From NCBI GenBank assembly GCA_973895155.1, contig OZ316896.1, positions 18,154,754-18,218,753 on the forward strand: DNA of 64,000 bases. The letters are read 5' to 3'. The DNA is from Marsupella aquatica (lineage: Eukaryota; Plantae; Marchantiophyta). The position numbers and the translations under genes were made by a program. Under the pieces are notes generated by a model. The model saw only the letters and a list, made by a program, of their open reading frames with translations, made no database searches and was not told the DNA's origin. Shown one piece after another: positions 27,906 through 40,908 of the stretch. Numbering within the stretch: the first letter of the stretch is position 1; each line of letters starts with the position of its first letter.

Positions 27906-29469
27906 TACTTAGTACCCAGACACATTTGACTTTCCCACTAGCACAATCCTTGGATTAGTCATCCCCTGAATGAATTGTTAAGGGTTACAAGCCCTCCAGC
28001 ACTTTAAGTAAAATTGCAGTAATGTAGACAAAAGTTTATATTTTAATTGTAAATGAAGGCCAAAAGAGGGAGTTTAGCACTGGTCTTTTGGCCGGCTTCT
28101 TGACGTCTGTCTCTTCACCCTAAACCTTTTCCGCAGCACCAAGACCATGGTAAAACCCAATAAGAGAGGAAAAGAAAGGAGGAAACCTGGGAGATAGAAG
28201 ACCCAAAAAGCCAAGAGTAGACCCAATTGAAAGCCAAAGAACAAGGTCAAGAACCCTACTGAGCAACAAAATGGAAACGCTGTTACTTAAATTTTTACTG
28301 TTGGTTGGCCTGGCTGGTAATCACACATCAAAATGTGACTGCATTCATTGATTGAAAAAAAAACTAGGATTATCACAGTATGCAAGGGTATCGTACATTG
28401 TATATGTCATATTTTGATGTGCACTTATGGAGACCCGTTGGTTGGTAGGGCCCTTTAATTATAGGCCCTAACTTAGAACTCCTAACAGGGCGTGTCAGAG
28501 CACTCCCATAAGCTGGGTCTTATGGTTGAAAACTTTGGATATAGCATCCTTATGGGGCACATGCTCGGGTAGCCCGTAACATTTATGTCCTCAGCTGAAA
28601 CTCAATTACGGCCCTCATTTGTCAAGCCCTATTGCCATTGAAAACAACATCTTCTTCCTCTCTATATATGAGCTGAGCAAGGCACTAGTCACCACGCTTT
28701 GTCATTTATGTATACACAGTTTGCAGTATGCCTTTGCAGTTTTATTTTATTAAAATTTGAGAAGTTGGGATGCCATGGTCTGAAGGTGTACTTTGCCTTG
28801 AGATTTGGGCTTTGGGCTTGTTATTGGTCATTGCAAAATGTGGCACAAAACGACAAAAGCAAAGAATTTATCATAACACATACGGGCCAGAAATTATAGA
28901 GCCCTACAATGCAAGACACCTCTTAAATAATTGAATAAAATGTTGGAGGTGGAGCGTGGAGCACAATCCTTGTCCTTTGGAGCCCACCCTAAACCTGTAC
29001 ACAACTACACATTCATCGAGGGTCGTAATTATTGTAACCTCATATTTATTGCATCATATTGCATCATATTGTGCGGTGACTTATTGGATAAGACCCAATA
29101 ACTATCGACTGTACAGCAAAGTACAGTACAGTACTGACGGACTGTAGTACAGTAGTACCGTGTCCTGGAGGGTGTCGGTGCCTAAGAGAGCGTTAAGGAA
29201 AGACCATAAGTTCCGGAGATTTCAGCTCACTCGCACTCATGAAAGCAGTGAGTAGTGTATATCATCCCTTGCTCATTAGGCCAGTGTTACATGTAATACT
29301 CTCTCTAGTCGGTGAATCCTCTCTCTAGTTAGCTTCGCCGTTGATTAAAGTAGTATTAACATTGATCTTGCCTAATGTTCACCGAGGATGTGGGGCCAAT
29401 GGAAAACCTTGCTACTCCTAAGGCTCCTTCACTCCACTTCCCTCACAGGAGGACCAATTTAATCCCAAC

Positions 29470-29610
29470 AGCATGAACCCTTAAAACCCATAAAAACAAA
29501 TAACCCCCTCAAACCCATAAAAGCAAATAACCCCTTAAACGCATAGAAACCAATGACCCCCCTTAAACGCATAAAAACCAATGACCCCCTTAAACCCATA
29601 AAACCAAAGC
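29470..29610. repeat. Minisatellite of ~30-bp units (CCCCTTAAACCCATAAAAAC...)
   Basis: About 5 degenerate copies read directly. Confidence 0.75.
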
Positions 29611-29930
29611 AGACAATTTGAGAAACCAAAGCAGTATGGACAGTTTTCTGGTTTTGGCGAACAGGTCTCACCTATTCTCTTTTTTGGTGCCAGTATTTTT
29701 TTTCTTTCTATCATGGTGTTGGGGTACCCTCTTTGTTTTGAGTTTGGTCCTTGTCTTTTTTGTTTGTTTTTTGGGTACTTTATTTAGCCATGATTAAAAG
29801 TAAATTGGTCTTGTTTCTCATAAATGCTCTGGTACCGTGGTTTCCAATGAAATTAGAACAGTAACGGACCAAAAGTTGGCAAGACAGTACCATAAAGCCA
29901 GGCCATAAGGAGAAATTAAAGTTACTTATG

Positions 29931-30089
29931 GGCTATTGCCTTTGAATAAAAATGAAAGCTGCTTATCTGTATCTCATCATGGTTTTTGAATGGCTAGACA
30001 ATTATCACAAGGCTATTGCCTTTGAATAAAAATGAAGCTGCTTATCTGTATCTCATCATGGTTTTTGGATGGCTAGACAACTATCACAA
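29931..30089. repeat. Near-perfect ~80-bp tandem duplication
   Basis: GGCTATTGCCTTTGAATAAAAATG...GGCTAGACAA.TATCACAA at 29931 and 30011. Confidence 0.9.
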
Positions 30090-30819
30090 CCTACGGACGA
30101 CTTTACAACATTACTTGCTAGTTGGATAACGTCTCTCGTATCGTTTTTGGTCTGTCCTTGCATCAGTTTCGACTCTTGCATGATGAATCAATGATTCAAT
30201 GAGGAATCGAAGTTGTAATAATGTGGAAGCTGGACACAGATTCAGAGGAGTCCTGGCCTATGCATTTATGTTGTACTTCTGGTCTCTGACTTGTGCAGCT
30301 GTTCTCTTGTCCATACAACGAGCCAAAAGCAATCACTCAGAATCAATCATAGGGGGAGTGTACGTGTTTTGTTTTTGTTTTTGTCAGTGGTCTCTATAAA
30401 GACGAGATATATGTTTGATGTACCCAGGTGAACCTTTCTTACGTGATGGGCCTTTAGGTAATATTTTTTACCAAGTAAAACCCCTCTTAATGACTAGTAC
30501 ACCTATTCTTGTGTGGTGTTTACACCTGTCCTTGTGTGATGCCTACTATGTATGGTGACTCCAAACAAACTGCACAGTTGAACCGTGCGGTCGACTTTAT
30601 ATGGTCGACCGAGAAACCACAGAGATTATTCGGGAGAAACTGCAAAAAGCGATTGTCGCTATCGAAACTGCAATTTGAAAACAATATGCATTATGTCTTC
30701 GGATTCAATGGGTTAATGCTTGAAGACTCAATGGATTATGTCTTCCCGTGTTTCAAGGTTTAGGGTGTACCCCGACACTTATGATCATGACATATTATCA
30801 TTCCCTAGAAAAAAATAAT

Positions 30820-31440
30820 ATAGATTATGAATTTGACTACAAAAAGGTATGGATTATGAATTGAGTGACCATACTTTTTTTTGGGTCCTTCACCTTCAGT
30901 TTTGAGGGTTGAGACCCCCTACTATCCACATTCCTCCAATACAATTCTTTCAAAGACAGCGCTAAAAATGTTGGAATGGTCGATCATTCTCTAGAAGGAA
31001 ACAAAAATGGATTATGCATTTGACTACAAAAAGCTATGGTTGTGAATTGGGTACACCATAATTTGTTTGTTCCTTCACGTCAATAAGTTTTGAGGTATTG
31101 AGACCCTACTATACACATTCCTCCAGTACAGTTCCTTGTTCAAAGTCAGCATTTAAAAAATGTTGGAAAGTCGCAAAGGATGGAGCCCACCTGCAGATGT
31201 CACTTATTACGAAGCAGAGCCTCAGACACAGGCCTGGTAAGCAATTGCATATTTGGAGCTAAGTGACAAGTGCCCACAAAGCAGAATGTACTAAGTGACA
31301 ACTGCCCACAAAGCAGAATGTGCTAAGTGGCAAGTGCCCACAGGCCTGGTAAAAATTGCACATCAAAAAGCCAATTGTAGCTAATATAGGTGCCCACAAA
31401 TCATGATGTGCTAAGTGGCAAGTGTCCACAGGCCCCCAGT
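30820..31440. repeat. Degenerate ~185-bp tandem duplication followed by ~31-bp units (GCTAAGTGGCAAGTGCCCACA)
   Basis: TTGAGACCCC(C)TACTAT.CACATTCCTCCA at about 30909 and 31099; CTAAGTG.CAA.TGCCCACA repeated in 31258-31435. Confidence 0.7.
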
Positions 31441-34400
31441 TTGAAGGGACTCTCCATACCACGATAAACATGCCTTGTTCTTTCTACTCAGAGTGTCGCT
31501 TTTTGATGTGGAGTTACCACGAGAGCTTCATCAGCAGGCCCTCCAGTACCTGCGTGAGCTTGGTCACCAGGAAGCATCCGAGGAGGAGAATCCCAGGAGG
31601 AGAGCCTTGCCCATCAAACCCTCAGGGTTCCAGAGTACAATTTGGAGCCGGGTGTGAAACGCTCTTCTTCTGCTGCTCTCATCACTCGTGATCTGCTTTT
31701 TGGCCCACTGCTCTGAGATCTGTTGGCTGTATGCTAGAGTAGCTGGTTCGCAGACAGGATTTAAGAAGCTGTTTACTATTTGTACTTACTGTAAAAGCTG
31801 CCCAAGCTGGCATGGTGGACTCGGGCTTCTGAAGACTGAGGCCATGGTGGACTCGGGATTCTGAAGACTCTGCTGCAACCAAGGAAAAAAAACTTGACAA
31901 GCCAGGAGTTTTGCCAAAAGGGGACCATCCATATTACTGTAGACGGTCTGGCGAGCGGATTGGATTGATTGATCAGGATGGCTTTGAGGAGGAGCTCTTC
32001 CCACTCGATTGGGGCATTGCCGGTTATAAGGATTGAAGGCTGGGACTTATGAAAGGGTGACGAAATCATCAATCCATCATTCCGGTTGAAGGTCCTTCTG
32101 ACGAGGAAAGAATCTTGAAGTCTGTCTTGAGTGGATTTGTCGCAATTTGAAGGATCGTGGGTCTCGAGTTAGCGAGCGGACCCATAGATTGCTTTGATGG
32201 ACTTAGGAAGACTGGAGCAAATTGCGGTGGAGGACTGACAACTGGCTTCCACTTGAAGCCTGGATTGTACGTCAGGATTGAAGTGGAGAAAGAAGCCTCT
32301 TCAAATTGGATACACTGACTCTGGGTAAGCAGGCGCTTAAGCAGAGTGAATTGAAAGAGTCATGAAGGATTGTTTGACGTGTGAGATGGGTCATTAGCTG
32401 AGGAGCTAGCTTGGATTCCAGCACAGAGGATTCGACGACAGATCAGTTTGGCTGCTATGCTGAAGGATATTTGACTGGCTTCGATTGGAGCGAACATTGA
32501 AGGGGCGTAGCTGGCCTTGTTTGGTTGCTGGAGATAAGCGATCGAGCTGCTCACCACCTTAGAGGTATTCCGTTCAATTTCGCCACTGTTCATCTTAAGA
32601 GCACTGATATAGAAATGGCACTCGTCGAGGACTCCGAGTCCACCTGGCAGGAAGTTGGGCATAGTTTTAGACCGACGGACTCGCCAGTAATTGATTTGCA
32701 ATGTGCTGATTGGCGATAAAACCAGTGCAGGAAAAGTAACCGCAGCCTTTAGATAATTGAGTAGCAGCGGTACAGCTTGCCTCCTAGCGAGCCTTTTCCG
32801 TGTACCTGAATATCTTCGGCAGCTGTTGTGAAGGACCTTACATACATTCCCCAAACCAAGAACACTTGGGACACCGGTTGGACCTTCGCATACCCGTCTT
32901 TGCATTTTCAATTGACCCTCCTGATTTGAATTCCGGGACGTTATCGTTCATCCCTAGACAATCCTTAATTTGGGGTCCTTGACATGGACTGCACAGCTGT
33001 CCTGTCTGTAGATCCCCGAGCGGAGCTTTGTTACGGGAGGCGGCTTACCTGTCAGCTCAATAACAAGACGAGCGCAGCGCAACGGCTGATTCCCGGTGTT
33101 CAAAGCGAGTGCACTCACTTTCTGAAGCGCAGGTTGCGCATACTGAGAACGAGCTTCGCCAGGAGAATACTTGCCCTCGAAATTAGTCCAGACCTTGAGA
33201 TCAGCAGCAAGAGGATTCGCTTAACCTATCATCGAGGAGTGCTAAGGTATGATGCCAATTTTATGGGGAGTTAACATTCTCTGTCGTCTAATATCAATGA
33301 GTCCTAGGAAGTAAGCTGCGATATCAGAAGCAGACACCGACAGAGAAATTCTGAGAACCCTGCAGGCTTGGCAGATTGCTGCCCCTCCATACCTACCATA
33401 CTGGCTGGCTTGTTTGGTAAGACCAGGGAATCCTTCGTTTTTCGGCTTGCAAATTTACTTTCCAGAAGTTCATCTTCGCTGTGGTAAGATGCTAATAATC
33501 GATCACCGGGCATCCTATATCTATCTTCTGGGTTCCTTTAGACATAGCTGAATAGCGTTTTACCTCACTAGCTTCTCATTTCCTGGTGTAAGTCATGGGA
33601 CTATACTTTTGGAGGTTTAGTGGGACCGTTAGAATCGATTACTCACTTTAGAATCCTGTCTGTTGAAAACCTGTGTACGTCCCCAGCCCACCTCATATCC
33701 AGTTCCAGCTAAAGTAAGGTGTGGCTGATCTAAACGCTACGACAGAGAACGTTTCCGGCAGTGAGAAGTTGGAAAGTTGGTGATAATTATTGAAAAGATA
33801 TTATAGTTCGGAAGTTCAAACGGTGGGGTACGGTTCAATCCGGAGGGTGTTAGGATTGTTATGCCGGAGAGGACGGGTGAGAGTTCCTTGATTTTCCTTC
33901 CAGGGTCTTGGAATGCCGCTGCTCCCGCCGCGCTGTGCACGAACATTTTAAGTGGCACATGCGCTTTGGCCCAAGACAGGTTTTAGCTGATTATTTTATC
34001 CCTCGTTGGCTGTCGAATTGCATCTCCCCGTTGGCGAAGGCTCTTTGCACTCCTTCGGAAGAATTTGGACTTCTCGTTCCACGATGTACGCAAGCTCGAG
34101 TCCTCGCCATAATGGAATTTTGTCTCCGTTGACGCTCTTTCAGAGATTTCGAGGCAAGTCCAGATTTAAACATTCGATTGTAGTTATTGGCAAAACTTCT
34201 AATTTCCCCCTTGAATCCATGTCAGTGGATTCTTTGCAATGTGAAGGATGTGAAGGAAGGGTTCCCACCAGTTCTTGTTAGATACTAGTGAGGCAACTAG
34301 GCCATTAATTTATTTGTTAATCCCTGATAGAAGTAAGTCTTTTGTGTCAGCTAGTCCACTTCCTCTGTCCTCCTGTTGCATCACCGTAGTCGTCGCTGCT

Positions 34401-35339
34401 TTCTGTCTTTGAGTACGAGTTCCAGTTTTTCCTCCCCTCACGCTTCTGCTTTCAAAGTCAATATCTCCCTGGTCATATGGGTGGATAAAAAATATATTTG
34501 TCCCCGCAACTGGGAGCCGTCACCAGTCTATTAGGGAGATATGTGATTCAGGTGAATTCTGTATAGCAATGGACTGTTGACAGTACCTCTTAGTACAAGG
34601 GTTGTGACTCCAGATTTTTCAATTGCCGGGATGTCCTACTCATCTTTCAATGCGAAGATGGTTGGAGTCATCCTTTTTGGGGAACACAATTCCTTCTCTA
34701 TTTGTACCCTCTCGCTCCAATCCTGCCTGCCTACCTTCAAGAAACGAATCTCTCCCATTCCGGAATGTTTGCTATGCATGGTCCTAAAGAAAATTGAGAA
34801 TTGAACTGGGCCTTTTCCGCACCCTGATATAAGTGCAATCTGCTCTTGACAGAGCTCAAATCTTCATTCCAATACTGCATGTCTGAATTAATCCACGTCC
34901 AGTCTGCCCACTGATTGCTTGAGCACTGTTGGGTCAATTGTCAATTTCCCCCAATCGCAAATCTGCTGTGTAGTAACAGGGCTCTGTTGTGGTTCTCAAT
35001 TCTGGTTCTGTGCACGACATGGTTTAGTGAATACGTTGGGACTTAAATTTGAAAGTCTATTCGTATACGTCATCATGAGATTTATGTGAACAAACATCTC
35101 GATAATCGAAGTGAGCTACTGTAGGCTTGGCCTATTAAGCGAGCGTTCTCACTTCTCGTCACTCACTTAATGTTGTTTATTCTCATTCCTCCCACACAAG
35201 GTTCGTCAATTTTCCGTACTGGAGGTTTCGTATGAACTCCAGTTAAGAAGAGTTGGCATGTAGGAAATTGTTCTTCAGTTGCGGTGGCTTATTCAGCTAA
35301 ATGCAGTGTTGTTTTTGTCTTGACTCAGGATCTCCCAAG

Positions 35340-38237
35340 ATGAGGCCGGCAATTCCTTTCCACCTTGATATGGCAGAATATTTTGGAGAATACGCAGTTA
35401 AAGCAGAAAATGAACTGTGGATTGGATCTGTATTAGTAGGGATGTTTGCTTGTAAACTTGTAAGTGCTTTCCCAAACAACTCCCATGTGTTTGGCAATTT
35501 TTCATGTGCTGCTCACGGAGTCCGTCTTTTCTTGTTCTTAACCCACATTGGTCCTGCTGCAGAGTGAAAAATGAATTGCTTTGATATTAAGTCTGTTCTC
35601 ATCGGGTTTCCATGAATTCTTCAGGTATATGATCAAATGAAGCAAAATGGTCCTATCTACTTCGGGGAGTACTACACCAAGCTCCCGAAAGTAAAGCAGG
35701 TGGAGTGGGATAACAGGTTAGTTGATCCCCTTCAAGATTATAACATTTGTAGAAAGCCTGATCTAAAACTTTATCAAAATGCCGAAAGGATGTCATCCGG
35801 ATTGCCGCTTGATTATAGAATTGCATCTCATGTCGTTGGCGAGTAATGGTCGACAGATTTCAGTCAACGACTGGGTCCTGGATGAAATGAAGGCTTGCTT
35901 ATTCAGCCAATTGCTAACACGATCGTGATCCGATGCAGGGGCTTCTCAACAGCACATGCTATATTTTGTGGTTTCGCCGCAGGGTATCTTCTATTAGTCA
36001 GCGACGCTTTCCATGATGATGCGCCATATGGACCTGTTGCATTCCGAAGCACGATTTTTTCGTTTTTCACCTTAGGAGTATGCGATTCTCACTCCTGTGT
36101 CTACCAATATTTTGCAAAGAAATGCTTGATTGAATAGGTGAAAGGTGTTCAGTAAAGTACGTTGCAGCCCTGAATGAAAGAGCATTTGGCATTAAATGGT
36201 GCATTTGTGAATGGAAACACATAAAGTTTGGATACGCTTGCGTTGCGAGACATGCACGAACTGTAGTAATCCTACAAAAGGCCTGGGTCCTTGTGGGTCT
36301 GCTGGATCTCTCTACACACAAAGGACACATCTAACTTGGAAGAAAATGTGAGGGTGACATGTTCAGATGGTTGTCTAAACGGAAACAGCCGTAGATTCAG
36401 GAAGCCGAGGATGGGTTATCATGCCTATCTCTGTTTGAACATGGGTACATCAGTCTCAGGGAGTCAAATGGTAACCGAATGCTGCTAAAAATGTCCTTAA
36501 ACATAGAGATGAATGGTGTTTCCCTAACCGGGACTGCAGTCAACGTGTCTGGTACGACGTTCTTTGCGAGTCTGGGCTGAAATTTCTTTGGTGGTTGTCT
36601 TTGGCAGTTCTCAACTGGGTACTTCTTAGCGGACTTGGTGATGATAATTTGGGCCTATCCCAGTTTGGGAGGTCTAGAAATTGTAAGATTCTCACAAGCT
36701 ATTGACTGGCCTATGGTGAGGCACACTGCATTTACCTTTTTTTCTCAGAGCATTGTAGCACTATGTAGAGTCGGAAAGTTGCGGTTCTGCGCATCAATTT
36801 TGTTACAAGAATGGCATGGTTGCCCACTACATTTTCGTGATGCATCGTTTTTTCAGGTCTTACATCACCTTCTGTCTCTTGGGTCCGTTTTACTGGGAAA
36901 TTACACTGCGCATGCCCATTACTACATACTCATGGTGCTCTTCTCAGAAATTAGTACGCCATTCATTAATCTAAGATGGTAAGCATAAGTATTATTTTAT
37001 ACTCGCTTTTCTTAGAACGAAATGATTTCTCTTACACTTTAAAATAACTGTCAACAGAACTGAATCGCAACCATCTGATGCAAATGTCAACAGTTTACCC
37101 ATTATTCACACTGTAGATAGAAGGGAAAGACTCGTTTTTATTCGTGGACACAAGAAGCAGCCATTACCATCTTCACCGTGTGGTCTGTAACTTTGTTTTC
37201 TAGCTTTATCATTAGCACTTGAAAGCTTTTGAGTGCCCTATGAGAAGGAATTAAATACTGATGGGTCTGATATTCTGACCTCAGTCTTCCGTGTGAAGAT
37301 AGTCGTTTAGCTTGAAAATCCTGAAGTTCATGTTATTGATTTATTCAAAGGTCCACATGCTAAATACTCTGGAAGTTCACGATTGCAGGTACTTACTTGA
37401 GTCCGGGTTGAAGAATTCAAAGTATTATCTGTACAATGGTGTCGCACTATTGCTTGTGTGGCTGGTGAGCAGCTATCTCTCTGTCTGTTCGATCATGGAT
37501 GAGACAAAATAACTTCGAGACTGATTGAAGCAAACGAAACGGAATGATACCTCCATTGTAGATCTCAGATTTAACCATGGAGCTGAGGCAGCTTAGAACA
37601 GTAGTCCAGCAAAGTGAGAATGAGGGGTGAGCTTGTACGATGATCAGCATGTCTAGGTCTTCAGCTGAATCTTCATTTGGGAGTCTAAGCTTTTTACAAG
37701 ACTGATTTCCATGCATGTTTGTGTATAGGGTGTTCGTGTGCTCATGTTCATTTACTTCTTCTATCATCTCTACTGTCACTATGATGAGGTACATCAATCA
37801 TCACACTCGTGTAGCAGGTTAAAAGTGATTTTATGACACATGGTCTCGACTTTGTTATTTGCTTCCAATAATCATTCAAAGTGCTGTGCATCTACTTGCT
37901 GATTATAGACACAAGATGATGGATAGATGGTCCGTAGTAATTTGACCATTTTTGTGTTTAGATCATTTTCAATGTGTGATGGTGTAGAGGTGCTCTCAAT
38001 TGGATTGTAGCTTTATGTCGTCTCCCATTTCCATCGCAGACACACTTTCTGTTTTCCTGAGTATATAATCACTAATCGGTTGCTGGATGTTGATGGAAAC
38101 AGATCCAGCAGTTGTACGTACCAGGCTTCTATTTCATGTTTACAGCCCCTCCAGGGCTTGCCTTGATGAACCTCTTCTGGTTCTATAAAATTGTTCTGGG
38201 CGCTGTGAAGATATTCTCCAGGAGAAAAAAGGAATGA
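35340..38237 (+). CDS. TLC (TRAM/LAG1/CLN8) domain membrane protein, TMEM56-like, 8 coding exons
   Basis: Exons give KQVEWDNRGFSTAHA, STGYFLADLVMIIWAYPSLGG, VLHHLLSL, LMVLFSEISTPFINLRWYL, YLYNGVALLLVWL, RVLMFIYFFYHLY, LALMNLFWFYKIV...KKE*, joined by GT-AG introns. Confidence 0.88.
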
Positions 38238-40538
38238 AAACCATATTCCGTGCTCTCTTTGAAATGCTGAGCTGCCTCGTATTCAAAACGGTTCGGATGT
38301 GATGATAGCCCGTATTATTCTTCCCACAGAGAGGCAGTTCACTTTCAAATCTTCGCATCTTATCTATGGAGTCCAGCTTGGTAAATTTTACTGAGAATTG
38401 CATCCTGCCTTTCCTGTTCTGATGGCGTCAATGCGAGGTGCCCAAACGTGGCGATTTTCGTCAACAGCAGCGAAGAAGCACATTTCATCAAAATGGATTC
38501 CGAGGCTCCAATGTCTCCGGGTTGCTTCGTCACACTTCACTTACGACATGCACATTGGATCTCGGGGATGTGACGTGGACTTAGAACCTGCTCCTGACTC
38601 GTCACGTGCTAATTTTCAGCATGGGTCGTCTCACAAATCTTTGTTTGTTGCTGTCTCGGTTTGATTGTCATCCTCCTGGAAGTGAAAGTGAATTCAGAAC
38701 TTGGGTGGCTTATTTCTTGAGGATTTGGAACCAATCCTATCCTCATACGTGAGACCCGCATCTTACCCAACAGCCATGTCCTTTCGTTCACCCTCTGAAC
38801 ATGTGTTCGCCCGTTGGTGAAAGGTTGGCATTGCCATGCACTCGGCCCTTGCTGAAGTGTTCCCGTGTGGGTGTCAGCATTTCAAGATTAACAATTGCAA
38901 GAGTACGGTTTACTGATAGGATTGTTATGGACCATACTGTGATCTCAGCATGCTAAAATGTTCGTTCTCTAATAGCCAATGTCAACAGCTGATAGTACAT
39001 GTGGAAAACTTTTCTTGTTTGTGGGACACAAGACGAGATCTTGAGGTACTAGGTTGCAGAATAGAAGGCTGTTTCCAGAAAATTCGAGAGAAGAAATTGG
39101 AGTTTGAAAGTGTCAAATTGACAGTTATTTTCATAATAAAGTAGTCCACCGATGGAAACTCAGTCATAAGAAATGCGCGCACAGGTCCAGGAAGTCCTAG
39201 CAATTGATGTTTTTAAGTGTGACGTTATAGGATTGCACGCCCAAGAAAATGAAGTTTTCAGTGTGCTATCTTCAAATCCAAGGGGGCACGAAGGTACAGA
39301 AGAAGCAGATTAAAGACTTCAGCTGAGAACAAGGCAATTTAATTGAAGCACAACAGAAACAAACTACGAGAGTAGTCCCCTTAGCTGAAGCCAACGGTCG
39401 ATGTATCTGTACATTGCACTGTTCAGCAGAGAAGAAAGTAGAGGGCAAATGGCATATTGCCACAGTCTAGAGTGTCCTGTTCCAAATGCACTGTAAATAC
39501 GAAGAGAAATTCATCGATATAATAATCCAAGTTAGTGAGACTTGGGCCTCCCTGTGACTTTAAGGGGGCCCAACTCCTTACCAGTTGATAAGTACAGGCC
39601 AATTGTGCAGCTTGCTCAAGAGGAAACAAAATTAAAAAAAAGAGACATACTGTCCAGGATAATTTGCATAATGCCCAACTGCAACGTGTCCTTGGTACTT
39701 TGTTTCATTTCAAAATACACAAACTACACTACCATATTCAATGTATTCCAGAATGCACTAAAATATACAAGAAAAATTATACTATCTTGACGTTAGCTAT
39801 CGAAGGGCCTCCTTGCCGCATTTGGTTTTTGTTGGAATAATAAATTTTTCCTTAATATCCTTGCAATGTGCACAAAACAATTCTACCATCTTATAATTCT
39901 AATGCCCTAGATGTAGTAAAGAGAAAATTCCATTCTTGTTAATATAGACCTAGTGTATATCTACCTCAACATGAGGAGAAATTTTGCCATTCCAGTGTGC
40001 ACTTAACACGGGTTTGCATATCATAAGTACAAAAACATGGAATGTGCATTTATCAATAAGAGACTGGTTTAGATCTCAGTGTTAAAATGTGAACATCTGG
40101 TGACTCCTACCTAAATTGTACATCCCTGGCCCAAATGTGATACACTATTCCATCCACATTGAAAGTTGGTCTGACGGCTGACAGAGTAAAAAAAAAGGGA
40201 TTCTTGAACAGAACCCTCCAATTTGCTGCACCTTGTATGGCAGACCTGTGCAACTGCTTTAAGTCCCTGGAATGGATGCAACATGTGGTGAGTCATTGGA
40301 AACCAATTAACTTGTATATCTTCACCTAGAATCCACTTGAAACAAATTTAACCCATCTCCGTGAACAGAGGCAATGGGTTTGAATGTACACAACTTTATT
40401 TTGGTATTGGACCGATGGTTCAGCAAGAGAGTGAGACTAAAGAAATCCTGATTTTTCAAAGGCTCTTATAAGGCTAGTGTATTGCAAGCCAAAAGATTAT
40501 TTCAAGGCTGCTGTCTTCCACCAAACAGAGCACCATGT

Positions 40539-40896
40539 TGTCATGCCGAGGGACAGTGTCTCTTATGCACATCGGCATGTCCCTCTCATGCCCGCTAGGT
40601 ATGTAGTTAGGGTTAGTGTACTACCTGAGTTAGCGACATCTTCTTGTAGCAAGTCTGGGTCGTTCTTGAAGCAAATGTGCTTGTTAGTGTGACGCCAGGA
40701 CTTTGTTTGCTTAGGGCATGTCTTTCTTTGTTGGTTTTTAGTTCTTCTTGAATCGCTGTTGACAGAGCTCAGACAGTGCTCGTCGGTTCCGTACACGGGA
40801 TTCACACAGTGATTCGTTAGATGCTCCCGGCCGATCTTGGCATCCCGCCGGTTTTCGATTCGATTTCAGTACGCTTGTTTCTCTTACGCCTTTTAT
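40539..40896 (+). repeat. Repeat A1 (358 bp), left terminus of the element
   Basis: Matches 56750-57107 with 10 substitutions by my count (~97%) and no indels. Confidence 0.95.
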
Positions 40897-40908
40897 TCAA
40901 GAAGAACT
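40895..40908 (+). promoter_or_regulatory. Putative self-priming primer-binding site
   Basis: ATTCAAGAAGAACT at the end of A1 is the exact reverse complement of AGTTCTTCTTGAAT at 40740-40753. No TGG-type tRNA PBS is present here. Confidence 0.7.

Noticed and set aside
28316-28428. Small hairpin/MITE-like repeat (CACATCAAAAT.TGAC...GTCATATTTTGATGTG), also matching 1340-1362
   Set aside because: Real similarity, but too short and degenerate, with no TSD, to classify.
29033-29361. Possible solo LTR (TGTAA...TAACA)
   Set aside because: Flanks (ATTAT / TTGAT) do not form a convincing TSD and there is no second copy in the window.
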